Shown piece after piece: positions 52,849 through 64,000 of a stretch of DNA of 64,000 bases (position 1 is the first letter of the stretch; each line of letters starts with the position of its first letter). This DNA is from Macrostomum lignano. Its lineage: Eukaryota. A program made the position numbers and the translations under genes. Location of the stretch: contig NIVC01003325.1 of NCBI GenBank assembly GCA_002269645.1, positions 40,082-104,081 on the forward strand, in the 5' to 3' direction. The notes beneath the pieces were generated by a model. The model saw only the letters and a program-made list of their open reading frames with translations, did not search any database and was not told where the DNA came from.

Positions 52849-54113
52849 TTAAAGTCTAGTGGTGAAGATTTCAGATCCTCTCGGGAGCGTCACAATAGGA
52901 AAAGACCTGCCCGGTGTAGTTCTGTTCAAGGCAGATGGAGCGGCTTCCTTATTTATACAAGGCAGACAGCGACAACTAAAGAGCCTCAGAAATCTCTGTC
53001 GATAGTTCGGGCTCTTCCACAACAGGAGAAGCCAATTGCCGCTCTGGTTGAACAGAATCAGGGCTTGGCTCACTTGCGAGATGTTCAGCAGAGCTCGCAG
53101 TAGCTGTGCATCAGCTTCGGTCTCATACTCACTGATGATTTGTACGGCTAAAATGGTCAAGGCGCTGGGCAGAGAGCACACAGTGAGCAGGACTGACATG
53201 GCGACGCACACGATCGTGTTGGTCATCGTGTCCCTCTCGTCAGCAGCTGTCGTGAGCGACGCCGACAGCTGACGTCGTTGGCGCAGGATGGCGACCAGCT
53301 TGCAGGCCAGGTAGGAGTTTGTGAGCAGCACGCAGAATATCGGCAAGGTTGGCGGGTACAGAAGCAGTATCATGTATACACCAAGAAGCACTTTGGCTGC
53401 TCCAGAAATTCTCGAGAAGACCATGCAACCGATCACCCGGGGACCGTGGGTTGAGAACCTCATTTCTTGCCAGCCGTACACCCCCAGGCAGGGGGTACTT
53501 AGGCACATCGAAACAGCCGCAATCCAAGCGCAAACTCGCCAGGCAGTTCGATGCGATAGGCTCTAAAAATAATTATGTATTCTATATGTATCACACACAT
53601 ACATGTACACGTAAATCCGCGATATACCTGGAAGCGGAACGGCATAGCCAGGCACAGAGCTCGGTCCAGCACCATCGCCAGGAAGATGCACATCGACTGC
53701 AGACTGAGCCAGTGCTGTGCAAATCGATACACAGTACACAATATGGCTGAGTTGTTGTACACGATGAAGCCAAACCGACTGCCGCTGATCCAAGGCAGTC
53801 CCCGAGCGAGGAACAAGCCAAGGAAGCCGCCGATAAGCATGTAGGCGCTGTCGGCGATCGCCATGGCGCCCAGGTAGACGTTGAGTCGAGTGCGCTCGGC
53901 TCCGCGACCCAGCGTGACCCACACGGTGGCGCAGTTACCGAACAGACCGGACACCGTCACAAGAGGCAGCAGGAGGCCCGTCACAACTCCGTAGGCTGTG
54001 CTGATCGGACAGAAGATGTGTCGGTTGGGCGCATCGGGCCGGCAGTCCTCCAGAGCACTATCCAGACTGGTGTAGAAGATGGTTTCAGTGTACTTGGAAG
54101 AGTTGCTCAGCAT
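52849..54113 (-). CDS. Rhodopsin-like (class A) GPCR, peptide (FMRFamide-type) receptor-like; exons 54113-53628 and 53562-52849; 399 aa
   Basis: Seven hydrophobic segments: TM1 GLFGN, TM2 AMAIADS, TM3 LDRA, TM6 CSLP, TM7 NQSGNWLLL followed by SPNYRQRF. A 65-nt GT-AG phase-0 intron joins ORFs 53499..54113 and 52849..53508. Confidence 0.92.
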
Positions 54114-54798
54114 TCCGTAGCGTTTTTATTTTTTTAACAAAATAAAACTCTGCGAATTTCTTTTACCCTATTTTGACTCAATGGTTGCATGCACCTTGAC
54201 TTCTATTGGCCCTTTTATACAGCTTCGCTTTGAAGCGTTAATGACGACGCTTCTAGCTGGGACGTTTTTTAATCGGAGGATATTTAAAACTAATTTCCTG
54301 TCAGGAAATTGACATTCTTTGCAATATTATAATTCCTTTTAATTTCTGTCACGATTTTGTTTAAATGACTTTCAATTAAAATTTTAATCTTAGGGGGTAT
54401 ACGTGACTTTGCTATGGCATCGGCCATGGAAATTAACACCTTTTGATTAGTTATCGCATGTGATTCTCCTGTGCTCTGATTGCAGCGAACTCCAAATGAC
54501 GAGGCTAAACTATCTTATCAGATTGATGGGTTTTTAATTTAAGGACTGAGAAGGCCTTTGACGCAAAAACTAATCATCAAGGACTACTTAAGTCATTTTT
54601 GCTAATCACAAGGACTCCGCAAGTCACACGTACCCTACCAACAACAGTTTTGAGCAGTTCCAATGAGACCTATAATGTAATATAATTAATGCATGCACGC
54701 GACAATCACAACTGAAGGGCTCTCTAATCCGCGATCAGCGAAATTGCGTTGTAGAATTTTATTTGATTCGTTTCTTGATCCCAGTGGTTAGAAAAATT

Positions 54799-54848
54799 GG
54801 GGCGTACCCTCTAGGCCGGCGCCCCGGCGGCCCTCAAGGGTACGCCCC
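54799..54848. other. GC-rich hairpin with a perfect 12-bp stem
   Basis: GGGGCGTACCCT (54799-54810) / AGGGTACGCCCC (54837-54848). Confidence 0.7.
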
Positions 54849-55548
54849 ATCCCGCAAGATAAAAGTTTGTAGGTTTTCTTCTTTGTGCGTATGAAATATT
54901 TTTGTGAGGAAATTATGTAAAGAGCAGAATTTTTAAAGTTGATTTTTTTAGTTTCGGGTGTTTTTGTGCTCAAACCTGACAGTACGCCTTTCAGTACGTG
55001 CAGTGGACAGTGGGGCGAACTATTGATATCCTTATTAATTATTTTCTTGTATAATGAGCTCATTATTTATTTGCATTGACCAATCCTCATACTACAGCTA
55101 ACTTGAACTTTTAACCCTTTGAGCAGCCATCTCTTTGAAAAAATTGCTGCAAGCTCCAAAGTGGGGTATAGGCGACTCGTGCAAATTTTTCTGAGTTTCA
55201 TACACTTCAGAAATTGGATGTGAACGCAAAAGTGTGCGTTTTAGCCTACCTACTTATAAGTAATACCTTTTGATCTTCGAAATCAACGCAACAAAAAATA
55301 TATTTTTTAATACTCCACTACTTAAGCACTAGCGCATGTACAATGTTGCTTGTATTCTTAAGTTTTCATTTAGATGAGTCCGATTTGGTGGTCAATTCAG
55401 GATTTTTAAAGTAGTGGGGGCAGATTTGCCCAAATTTTTGTTTTGGCCTAAAAAGCCAAAGTAAGCTCAAAATTTACCCCCCTTATATGCAAGTCTAGCC
55501 ATGGCAAAGGGGGCGGCCGCCGGGTCTACTACATCTACGAGTACATTT

Positions 55549-55790
55549 GACCGCCACAATTTGATCGCCGTTCTATTCAAGGTGAAATAGGGCGGCGGGC
55601 AAATTGTCTGGCGGGCAAATTGTCTGGCGGGCAAATTGTCTGGCGGGCAAATTGTCTGGCGGGCAAATTGTCTGGCGGGCAAATTGTCTGGCGGGCAAAT
55701 TGTCTGGCGGGCAAATTGTCTGGCGGGCAAATTGTCTGGCGGGAAAATTGTCTGGCGGGAAAATTGTCTGGCGGGCAAATTGTGGCGGTC
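55549..55790. mobile_element. MITE-like element with 21-bp TIRs and an internal 16-nt array (GGCGGGCAAATTGTCT, ~11 copies)
   Basis: GACCGCCACAATTTGATCGCC / GGCGGGCAAATTGTGGCGGTC (19/21; outer 14 bp perfect). Confidence 0.7.
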
Positions 55791-56215
55791 TCCGCTGTCG
55801 GTCTCCCGCGGCCGCGCCCCCCCCCTTGGATAGTGGCGTAAATAAATACTCATTTCAAAGTTTTACATGTAAGTAGGCGGCATACCCTTGCACAAGGTTG
55901 CATAATTATTTGAAAGCCGTATGCTTGTATGGGGTGGACAGTTGACAGTCAAAATGCCTATATCTACATGTACCTCCATACAGTAATACTTTTCCTATTA
56001 AACAACAATTAAGGTCAAAGATAACATATGCGTATGCCAGCAAAGGTTTAAAATTTTCAATAATTAATTGTACGGTACAATGCGATAGCAAAACAAACTA
56101 ATCTTAGATGCAGCTATTATCTAGAATCTCGATTTATCTTCCAGAATTTTAGAGAAATACAACTAGGACAGGGGAAATCCCGGAAAATCAATCAGGTTTG
56201 CCAAGCTGTATTAAA

Positions 56216-56331
56216 GGGGGACCAAGCGCATTTTTACCAAAATACAGAGCCACCCCTCCGCCCCCCTTGGGTCTTTACCCTTCAGAATCCGCCCCCCCCC
56301 CCCACATAAGAAATTTCTGCTTGCGCCACTG
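56216..56331 (-). mobile_element. Truncated inverted copy of the hAT MITE at 56669-56865
   Basis: Its reverse complement starts CAGTGGCGCAAGCAGAAATTT..GGCGGATTCTG..GTAAAG..GCTTGGTCCCC and aligns with the left part of 56669-56865. Confidence 0.75.
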
Positions 56332-56460
56332 CTAACAGTTCAAGTAATTCTGGAGAGCACAGAGTGCTGTCTAGAGAAGCTGTTCAGGCTTGGCACAACG
56401 CGCCCGCCAAAATTTTGTTAATGTCAACTTTTGCTCATTGTAATGTTCGAAATTCCTTGC

Positions 56461-57066
56461 CAGGGATTGGCTAACTATTTTACTTTAAGTGCCAGATAGA
56501 GAATCTAGCTCAAGACTGCGGGCCAGAAGGAGGAGAGTGGAGGGGAGAGGGGAGAGATGTGAGATGTGAGAGGAGGGAAGAGAGGAGAGAGGCGAGATGA
56601 GAGAAAGAAGGGAGATAAGGGGAGAGAGGAGAGAGGCGAAAGGAGAGATGTCAGAGGAAGGGAGCAAGCAGTAGCGCAACCAGAAATTTTTTGAGGGGGG
56701 GCGGATTCTGGAAGGTAAAGTCCCGTGAGGGGGGGCGAAGGGGAGGCTCTGTTTTTGGCGAAAATTCGCTTGGTCCCCCCTTCAATTTTTTCTGAGTCTC
56801 CGCCTAAGGGGGGGGACCGCCCCCCCCCCACGCCCCCCCCCCCCCCCCCCCTGGTTGCGCCACTGGGAGCAAGGAAAGAGGGGAAAGGAGGAGAGAGGGG
56901 AGATTTTGATGAGAAAAGGAGAAGAAATTAGCAAAAAGCTGAGAAGAGATGCAAACCTTGAGCGGGCTGGATTGTTATTGGCATGGGAAGTTAGAAAGGA
57001 CCCGAGGGCCGGATAGAGAGACTGCGGGCCGCATGTGGCCCGTGGGCTGGAGTTTGCTGACCCCTG
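56461..57066. mobile_element. hAT-Charlie (MER58-like) non-autonomous element hosting a nested MITE
   Basis: Left end CAGGGATTGGCTAACT..AAGTGCCAGATAG..TGCGGGCCA; right end GCGGGCCGCATGTGGCCC..AGTTTGCTGACCCCTG. These resemble Charlie-type ends; TSD not clean. Confidence 0.55.
56669..56865. mobile_element. hAT MITE (197 bp) with a perfect 8-bp TSD
   Basis: TIRs CAGTAGCGCAACCAG / CTGGTTGCGCCACTG (14/15); GGAGCAAG at 56661-56668 and 56866-56873. Confidence 0.9.
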
Positions 57067-57933
57067 CAGCCTGCAGTAGGCTATGCATGACGGGCCCAGT
57101 TAAGTGCATAATGGCAAATAAGAGACATGGGAGATTGGAGATAGGAGACTGTCTCCCCTGTCTCCCCTTCATTTATCTCCCCGATTACGAGTAGGGCACA
57201 GTCACTCAGTCACATTTTGATACATAGACATAGATATTTTCTCAGTTTTCATATTCATAGGCGGTCAGAGCTCAAATGGGACAGGTCATGAATAAATAAC
57301 AATCTAACCCCCGCCTTGTCATTTTTCCGGATGAATAAATCCACTGAATCATAAAGGTTTCAAAGTGCATTTGCGTTCTCATGACAGTTTTTGCCACTCA
57401 ATTATTCTAGTCTTACTGAATCCCCGAGTTAACAGAAAATTATAGCTCGGCGCACGTCCGCCAGCTTGAATATTCTCGCTATATTGTTCTCTATTTGCGA
57501 TCGTCTTTTACAACCCGACATCAATAAAACCTGTGTGGGCTTTATCTCTCATTAACAGAAATCTCTCATCAATTATAGCCTGTATAAAGCTTACTCATTT
57601 AGAGTTGCTCTTAGAAAAATGTTTTGAATTTCCTGGCCAGTGGCAATAACCCGTAATGACAGGGCAATGCAAGGAATTATTTTAACCTAGAGGTGACAGC
57701 TAATTTTGGCCAATTCATTTCAGTTGGGGTGGGGGGGTTAGAAGAAAGGCTAGAGAAGTGATATGGGAATTTCTACGTTGTACCGTTCTTGCCTGCTTAA
57801 GCGAACCTATGCGAAACAAACAAACTGTCCTGACTCCTTATCAGTGCAGGTCATCAAGTTTTTCTATTCCCATATTGCACCAAAGATAAAGGAAGAACAA
57901 AGACGAATTTCGTGCGAGGCTTGACAAGGTCTG

Positions 57934-57936
<3 letters not shown>

Positions 57937-57996
<60 letters not shown>
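57937..57996. repeat. (TA)n microsatellite
   Basis: About 30 units. Confidence 0.98.
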
Positions 57997-58000
<4 letters not shown>

Positions 58001-58758
58001 ATAAGTTACAACCTAGCATAAACACATAAATACTTTGATACGGAAAGTATTGATTCGATCTGACCTAAAATAGGTGCCAGCAAAAGAAAGAAAATATTCA
58101 TAGCATTTTATATGTGCTTAAAAGTAAAACCAGATGGTAACAGATGGAAATTGCAGTTGTGCAGCTAGTTGATTATTATCAATGGGATAAGTAAAATATT
58201 ACAAAAATTCTGTTGGCTTGAATTGGAGGTAGGAATACTGTATACAATACCATTAGTATTTCATATACTGGGGTTTAAGAAAATAAATCCCCCATTTCAG
58301 CCGCATCACCTCCCACTAAGTTTCCGGCCCCTCCACCCCTCCTACACAGTTTTGAGCTAAATTACCCCTCCGGCCTCTATAACACCGAATTTTAAGCTGT
58401 ACCTAATTCTAGGGTTCAAGAATGTAAACAATAAAGATAGAAGCAATATAATCAGTCTCTAAAATAACTCCAGTTCATGAATGACCGATCGCCAGGCTTG
58501 TAGTAAACTCGTGAAACTGCGGATCCTAAAAGTAAAGATAAAATGGCAGTTTGCGATCGAGTATGCATCGTAATATACTAATATTTAACTCACAATCTAC
58601 AATCATGTCTGCGTGTTGAAGCTGAGAACATATACAGGAAGAAATTGCAGAATTGCAGAATACAGGGAATACGAGAATCGAGATAGAAGGAAATCGGATT
58701 GATATAAAAAACAGAGAAAGATATTTTTAGTACTCACTTGCGACTCACGCGTCCTACA

Positions 58759-60784
58759 TCAGGCCTCCTCGGAGTCACCTGTCAGAGGAATGACAAAAAA
58801 ATGGCTTGCTGGATCCCTGTCCGCTCCAGCAAGATTGGCAAGCAGATTCGCAGGCAAAATCCAGCACTTTCGCTCAGGTGTGCCAGTTAGAACACCAGAT
58901 GTCATCCTGTACAAGCCGATTCCCAGACGCAAAGATGGATATGGGTTGGCGTAGATGTTGTCAACTGGGTGTAAAATCCTGCCAGTGACTTGATTAGCTT
59001 CACTTACAGCTTCGATTAGGACGCATACTTTGTCGATTATGCAACAATTATCACCTCGCTTTGTGCTGAATTTCAACGGTGGAATGCGCTGCTCATTCAA
59101 CAGAAGATCGCGAACTCTGAGCACCTGCTTAACTGAATGCGCTGCCATGTGCCTTGTCACCTTTACGCGGCGCTTTACAGATCCAAGAAAGTTTTCGAAA
59201 GGGAAAGTCGAAAAGTTGTTTAAACTGCCTAGCTTTCGGACAAACTCATCCAAATGAAGAATAGTGTGAAGATTGAAACTTATAAACTTCTGGCCGTAAA
59301 GATGGGCAGCCCGTTCAACAAAAACTTCAATGCAAGTTTTTGCCTGCGTCCACCACTTGGAGTACCTTTCGTTGGAGTATGCGTAAATGGCGAAATGGAG
59401 GTAAAGAAAGTGGTTATACCTTTCTTCATTTAAAATGCCTTTGAAGAGGACAGGTCCTAGGTACAGCAAGTACTGTCTGAATTCAGTAGCCTTCATGTGC
59501 TTTAGTTCCAAGTCGATTTTCCGGGGTCTTCGTTGAAAGTTTGAAGGTGTCCAACCGGCAGCCATAGTAATTCGGTCGCCCAATAGGCTCATCGGACCGG
59601 GATAGACGAGACACTTCTTGCCATTAGATTTGTCGAAAAATAGGTAAAATAGCTTCCTTGTGACTCCAAGGCAGACGGCATGCTGGTAGTCAGGGGGAAA
59701 AGCATCGACAAAACTAATGTTAGGCAAATTTAGAAGGGGCGATAGAGCGATTTTTTTATTTTCCTGGTTAGACTCCTTTCCCTCTCGGTATTGTTGGCTG
59801 CTACGAGACTCCCCGACGCTCGTTGAAAATGTTACTCTGTTGTCGGTATAAGGTCCAGTAGCCCTGCAGTACATGCAACCGACGTACGACATGTGCCCTT
59901 GAGTTACTGAGACCCAGGCTCGAGCAGGCGCATCGCAAACAAATCGGATAGTCGAGAAGCTGATGCTTAAATTTTCGATAATTTTATGGGACCCGTAAGA
60001 AAACGTTTAGCCTCGTCGCAAAATTGTCGAAGATAATCATTCAGAGGTGGCTTGCCACAACCAGCCCATACGGCTACTGGAAAAGGTCTGCTGAATACGC
60101 TGGGAATAGACATTAGTATGGGCCAAAGACCGAAGTGGCTTGCTCGGTACAAAGGCAAGCCGTCAAAATTAACGATGGCTTCAATTTTGTAAACCTTCTC
60201 AGTTTCACTATCGTGTTGTAGATATTCTGGCTTCATGTGCAGCTGGTTTTTGCGAAACATTAGTTCTAGATTTTTCAGAATCGAAATGTAGCGAAAATGG
60301 CCTTTTCCCATGGACTCCAATTTTTCCGTTGGATCGCCAGCATTGATGACGGCCTCAATAGAGTTGACAGACTTCGGCGCAGGCAAGCCTATGTCTCTTA
60401 GACCATCAACAAGGAATTTTTTAGATCCACGACTTAGGTTGAAACAAGAAAAGTAGACTACCAGCAAGGCGAATATTTTATCTTCTAAAGAGCGGTCATC
60501 CTCTTTCTTGTCAATCTCCTCATCTTCATCGCTGCAAACTCGCGCGAACTCGTCAAAATCAGGATAGCTGCCATTGTCGTTGCCAAGATCTGGATCAGTA
60601 CCTTCATTGACTTCTGCTACAGAGGACTCCGAAGCGATGAAACCGGCGACTCTCCCAGAATCATCTGCTTCGACTACTTTTCTTTTTTCTCTTGCAGTGC
60701 GATGTCTTCCAAAGCTTCTTGTTCTCCTTCCATGAACAAGCCCAGCAAATCCTTATTTGCTTGTCGCCTCAATTGCCTTGTCAT
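58759..60784 (-). mobile_element. CACTA/EnSpm (CMC superfamily) DDE transposase, interrupted by two -1 frameshifts (~60678-60688 and ~59982-59985)
   Basis: NFDGLPLY..LWPIL (D1); FVCDAPARAW..GH..CMYC (D2 plus CxxC, read in the -1 frame between ORFs 59967..60467 and 58759..59892); DYQHAVCLGV; KATEFRQYLLYLGP; NLHTILHL; STFPFENFL (E). Confidence 0.9.
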
Positions 60785-61139
60785 TGTTTTCGTCCGAATC
60801 AGACTTTGATGATAGTTGACTGTTGTAATAAAGTAATTACTACGATTGCTTATTTCGTATTAAAGAAAGTATATGAACAAAAGCTGGGAAGAATTGAAAA
60901 CTATTCCTTTGGGGTTTGTGCGCGCTGATTGGACAGGTATGGGTGCGGGGACGGTAGGGCCAATGAAATTGGAAAAGCCAGCGGCCTTTTTCATTCGAAG
61001 AACTATAGAAGACAATTGCTTCTAGAAGCAACCTAAACCACTGAATCATTAAATAAGCATAAACTATAGTGTGAGCTCCAAACTCTTGCTTTATTTGGTA
61101 CTCAGTTTTGCACTAGCATAGTCTAGTCTGCATGCTACA
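60785..61139. promoter_or_regulatory. Putative bidirectional promoter between the two transposon genes
   Basis: Divergent ATGs at 60784 (-) and 61140 (+). Oppositely oriented CCAAT boxes (ATTGG 60928-60932, CCAAT 60960-60964) flank a GGGTGCGGGG GC-box-like motif. Confidence 0.5.
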
Positions 61140-63869
61140 ATGAAGTTTTTAGTGATCTTTAAAGACGACCGTCAAATTGTTGAGGTCCGGAAAGCGAACT
61201 GAAGCTTCCTGAAGGCTTTCAAAACCTTAAGGAAGAGGAATGGTTAGAAAAGAGGGACTCCACTGAGAAGTGGAAGTGTGAAGCCTTGTATGAAGGCTGT
61301 TTTTACTCTGCTCTAATTATTCAGGTAAGCAACCGATCCCAACGATATTTGAAATGTTAAAATTCTTGAATCGATCTAATATTTGTACGCTCATATTTTC
61401 TCATTAATTTAAAGGTAATACTAAGCAACAACCTAGAGCCTGGGAGCTTCCGCTTTGTGCGTGAATTGGTGGCCAAAAAGACCCGACTGAACCGAATTCT
61501 CGAGTTGGTTCAACCCAGAGTCTTTCAGGAGCGTGACATGAAGAAAGCACGAAGGCATTACCAGACTAAGGTAAAATTAAGCACAGCCCATATAATTTTT
61601 ATCGAGAACTTTGTTTTCTCCGTTTTACCTTTTAAACTAATTTTTAAGAAAAGGGAAGAAATTAAATGTGAGAATAATCTTTAAAACTGACATTAACTTG
61701 ATAATTTCTCATGCCGTAACCATCCCAAACAGAATCTGTCAGACGGCTCAGCCACCGATTCCGAGGCAATCTTCGAAGATAAGAGCAGCCGCTGTTTGCA
61801 ACCTCCAGCTTTGCTGCCTAAACAACATCCGCCTACGATTGCACAGTTAGCGCCAATGCCTCCTATTAGTGATGATGAAGCAGAAGCTGGCGTAGACGCC
61901 GATATGGAAGCTGAGGCGGAAGCTGAAGTGGAAGCTGAGGTGGAAGCTGAGGTGGAAGCTGAGGCGGAAGCTGAAGTGGAAGATGAGGCGGAAGCTGAAG
62001 TGGAAGCTGAGGCGGAAGCTGAAGTGGAAGCTGAGGTGGAAGCTGAGATCGGAGCTGAGGTGGAAGCTGAGATGGGAGCTGAGGCGGAAGCTGAGGCGGA
62101 AGCTGAGGTGGAAGCTGAGATGGGAGCTGAGGTGGAAGCTGAGGCGGAAGCTGAAATAGAAGCTGAGTTCGTAGCAGATGATCGATCGACGATTCCTAAG
62201 TCGCCTCCCACCATTTCATCTTTTAATTTTGGTTCTGGCTTTCTTAGAAAACTAGAAGAGCAGATCCAAGCCGGTGTTAGCTTTGAGCTGGAAAGTCCAA
62301 GAGGCATCAAGTTTCTGTCCTTATATGCCCTACGCGAACTTACTATGCGCAAGAATGAATTGAAAGCATTAGAAAATGTTTGACCAAACAAATCACCGCA
62401 ATGCGCACTGAAGTGCAGAGCGTGCTACGCTTTTTGGAACCGGTTGGCGCTGACATTCCAACTGATAATTCTGAGCCTTCATTCTGGCCGATCAACTCCT
62501 GGGAAAAATATGTGCAATTCGCTTCCAATCCAAATGAACATATTTCTACTTTGGTAAGTTCATGACTGAGTTTTTTATTTTCTTTTCATTAGAAGAAATG
62601 CTCTAACTACTACTCAAAGCGCACTAGTACTATCACTGTGAAATAACAATCTTATAAGTATTCTCACCTGTAAAAATCTAAACAGAAGAGCCTGCTACGT
62701 TCATGCAAGCGAGACAAGTGGTCCGATGCTTTAATGGCAATGCTTAACGAGAGCTTGTCGAAAGAGATGCAGGCGGTTATTAATTTAATCGGGTCAGACA
62801 TGCGAAGCCGAGCTGTTGCTGCTGGAGTTGCGACCAACCTTGCTGATGCGCAGCTTGGATTTCAGAGCACTCTGCTCAGCCATTTCCAAAGTAAGTCTAC
62901 TTAATCAACGTTCAATGAGACTTTTAAGCTAAATATCAAGAAATTAGTCGAGCACAGTGCATGCTATTCATAGTAACTTTCAACTTTTTTCCTAACAGAA
63001 GCAATCACATTCATCTATGGCGCGACCGCTGAAGCCGGCAGGCCCTCTGAACAATCTGTAAGAAATACTTGCAGACAGCAGCTAAAGCATGGCGGTGACC
63101 GATTAAAGGGGCGGTCGCATCGCACAGGAAGCCAGCTGCTTTCCGGAGTCCAGACTCAAAGCCCCGCTTCTGACAGCACCGTACAAAGACAGTCTCTGGT
63201 GGCAGCGACTCCAAGCCCCGCTTCTGGCAGCGCCGTACAAAGACAGTCTCTGGTGGCAGCGACTCAAAGTCCCGCTTCTGGCAGCGCGTGCAAAGACGAT
63301 CTCTGGTGGCAGCGACTCAAAGTCCCGCTTCTGGCAGCGCCGTGCAAAGACAGTCTCTGGTGGCAGCGACTCCAAGCCCCGCTTCTGGCAGCGCCGTGCA
63401 AAGACAGTCTCTGGTGGCAGCGACTCCAAGCCCGCTTCTGGCAGCGCCGTGCAAAGACAGTCTCTGGTGGCAGCGACTCCAAGCCCGCTTCTGGCAGCGC
63501 CGTGCAAAGACAGTCTCTGGTGGCAGCGACTCAAAGCCCCGCTTCTGGCAGCGCCGTGCAAAGACAGTCTCTGGTGGCAGCGACTCAAAGTCCCGCTTCT
63601 GGCAGCGCCGTGCAAAGACAGTCTCTGGTGGCAGCGACTCAAAGTCCCGCTTCTGGCAGCGCCGTGCAAAGACACAGCCATTCATCTTCTTTTTCCCTAG
63701 TGAGTAAAAACGTATCTAAACTGAATAATGAACGATGAATACGATGATTGATAAGCATTAAATACTACTGTCAGTAAGATAAAATGTGCATGCAGTAATT
63801 TTTTGTTTCTTTCCAATGTCACAGACACCATCGCGACTATCAGCGGAGAAGTGCCGCGCCAGCGGGTGA
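61140..63869 (+). CDS. Second (accessory, DUF4806-like) gene of the CACTA element; exons ~61140-61324, 61415-61570, 61733-62553, 62686-62890, 62999-63699, 63825-63869; frameshifts at ~61192, ~62380 and inside the 54-nt array
   Basis: MKFLVIF..VEV N-terminus, GT-AG borders with compatible phases, acidic EAEA tract, C-terminal [25 protein letters not shown] resembling the accessory proteins of animal CMC elements. Domain name is an inference. Confidence 0.6.
61895..62170 (+). repeat. In-frame 12-nt coding repeat (GGAAGCTGAGGY; EAE[A/V/M/I])
   Basis: Lies inside ORF 61796..62383. Confidence 0.9.
63150..63672 (+). repeat. 54-nt coding repeat ([18 protein letters not shown]) in transposon ORF2
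   Basis: About 9-10 copies, some with 1-nt deletions. Confidence 0.9.
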
Positions 63870-64000
63870 CAGCAAAGCCGAGCTCCCAATCCAGAAAGCG
63901 AGCGAGTATTCAGTTGGATTCTCAGCCTCGAAAGCGGAACAACCATCGCCCCCGTTCAGCAAAGTCAAAAAACAACTAGCCGCACTGACTGCTCTCTCGA

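Noticed and set aside
57200-58750. Left TIR of the CACTA element, possibly at the (TA)n tract
   Set aside because: No convincing CACTA/CACTG terminus, and the right end lies outside the window, so no pairing can be tested.

Overview
Eukaryotic (animal) genomic DNA with GC/CpG-rich exons, AT-rich unique intergenic DNA and a very high load of mini/microsatellites. The style plus a DNMT1 gene is compatible with a free-living flatworm such as Macrostomum (inference only). I rebuilt five spliced host genes by hand from GT-AG borders and frame continuity. (1) PP2A B56 regulatory subunit (+, 5293-10453, 6 exons, 467 aa). (2) Secreted F-type lectin + PAN/apple-like protein (-, 18686-15026, 4 exons, 264 aa). 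(3) EFHD/swiprosin EF-hand protein (-, 29501-27690, 5' end unresolved). (4) DNMT1 (-, 44155-32136, 8 exons, 1298 aa), with intact catalytic motifs but no CXXC finger, no (GK)n linker and no DMAP1/PIP N-terminus. (5) Class A GPCR (-, 54113-52849, 2 exons, 399 aa). There is also an unidentified terminal exon at 21601-21152. The right end (58.7-63.9 kb) is an animal CACTA/EnSpm (CMC) transposon with a DDE transposase and a divergent, spliced second gene; both are broken only by single-base deletions in homopolymers. Almost every long intron between 5.7 and 45.3 kb carries its own tandem array (roughly 60% of that interval by hand estimate). The array-poor blocks 1-5 kb and 45.3-47.7 kb are strongly CpG-depleted. 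Several MITEs (hAT with 8-bp TSDs, a foldback-like element, TIR elements with internally amplified motifs) suggest where such arrays come from. Most long ORFs in the ORF track are translations of satellites.
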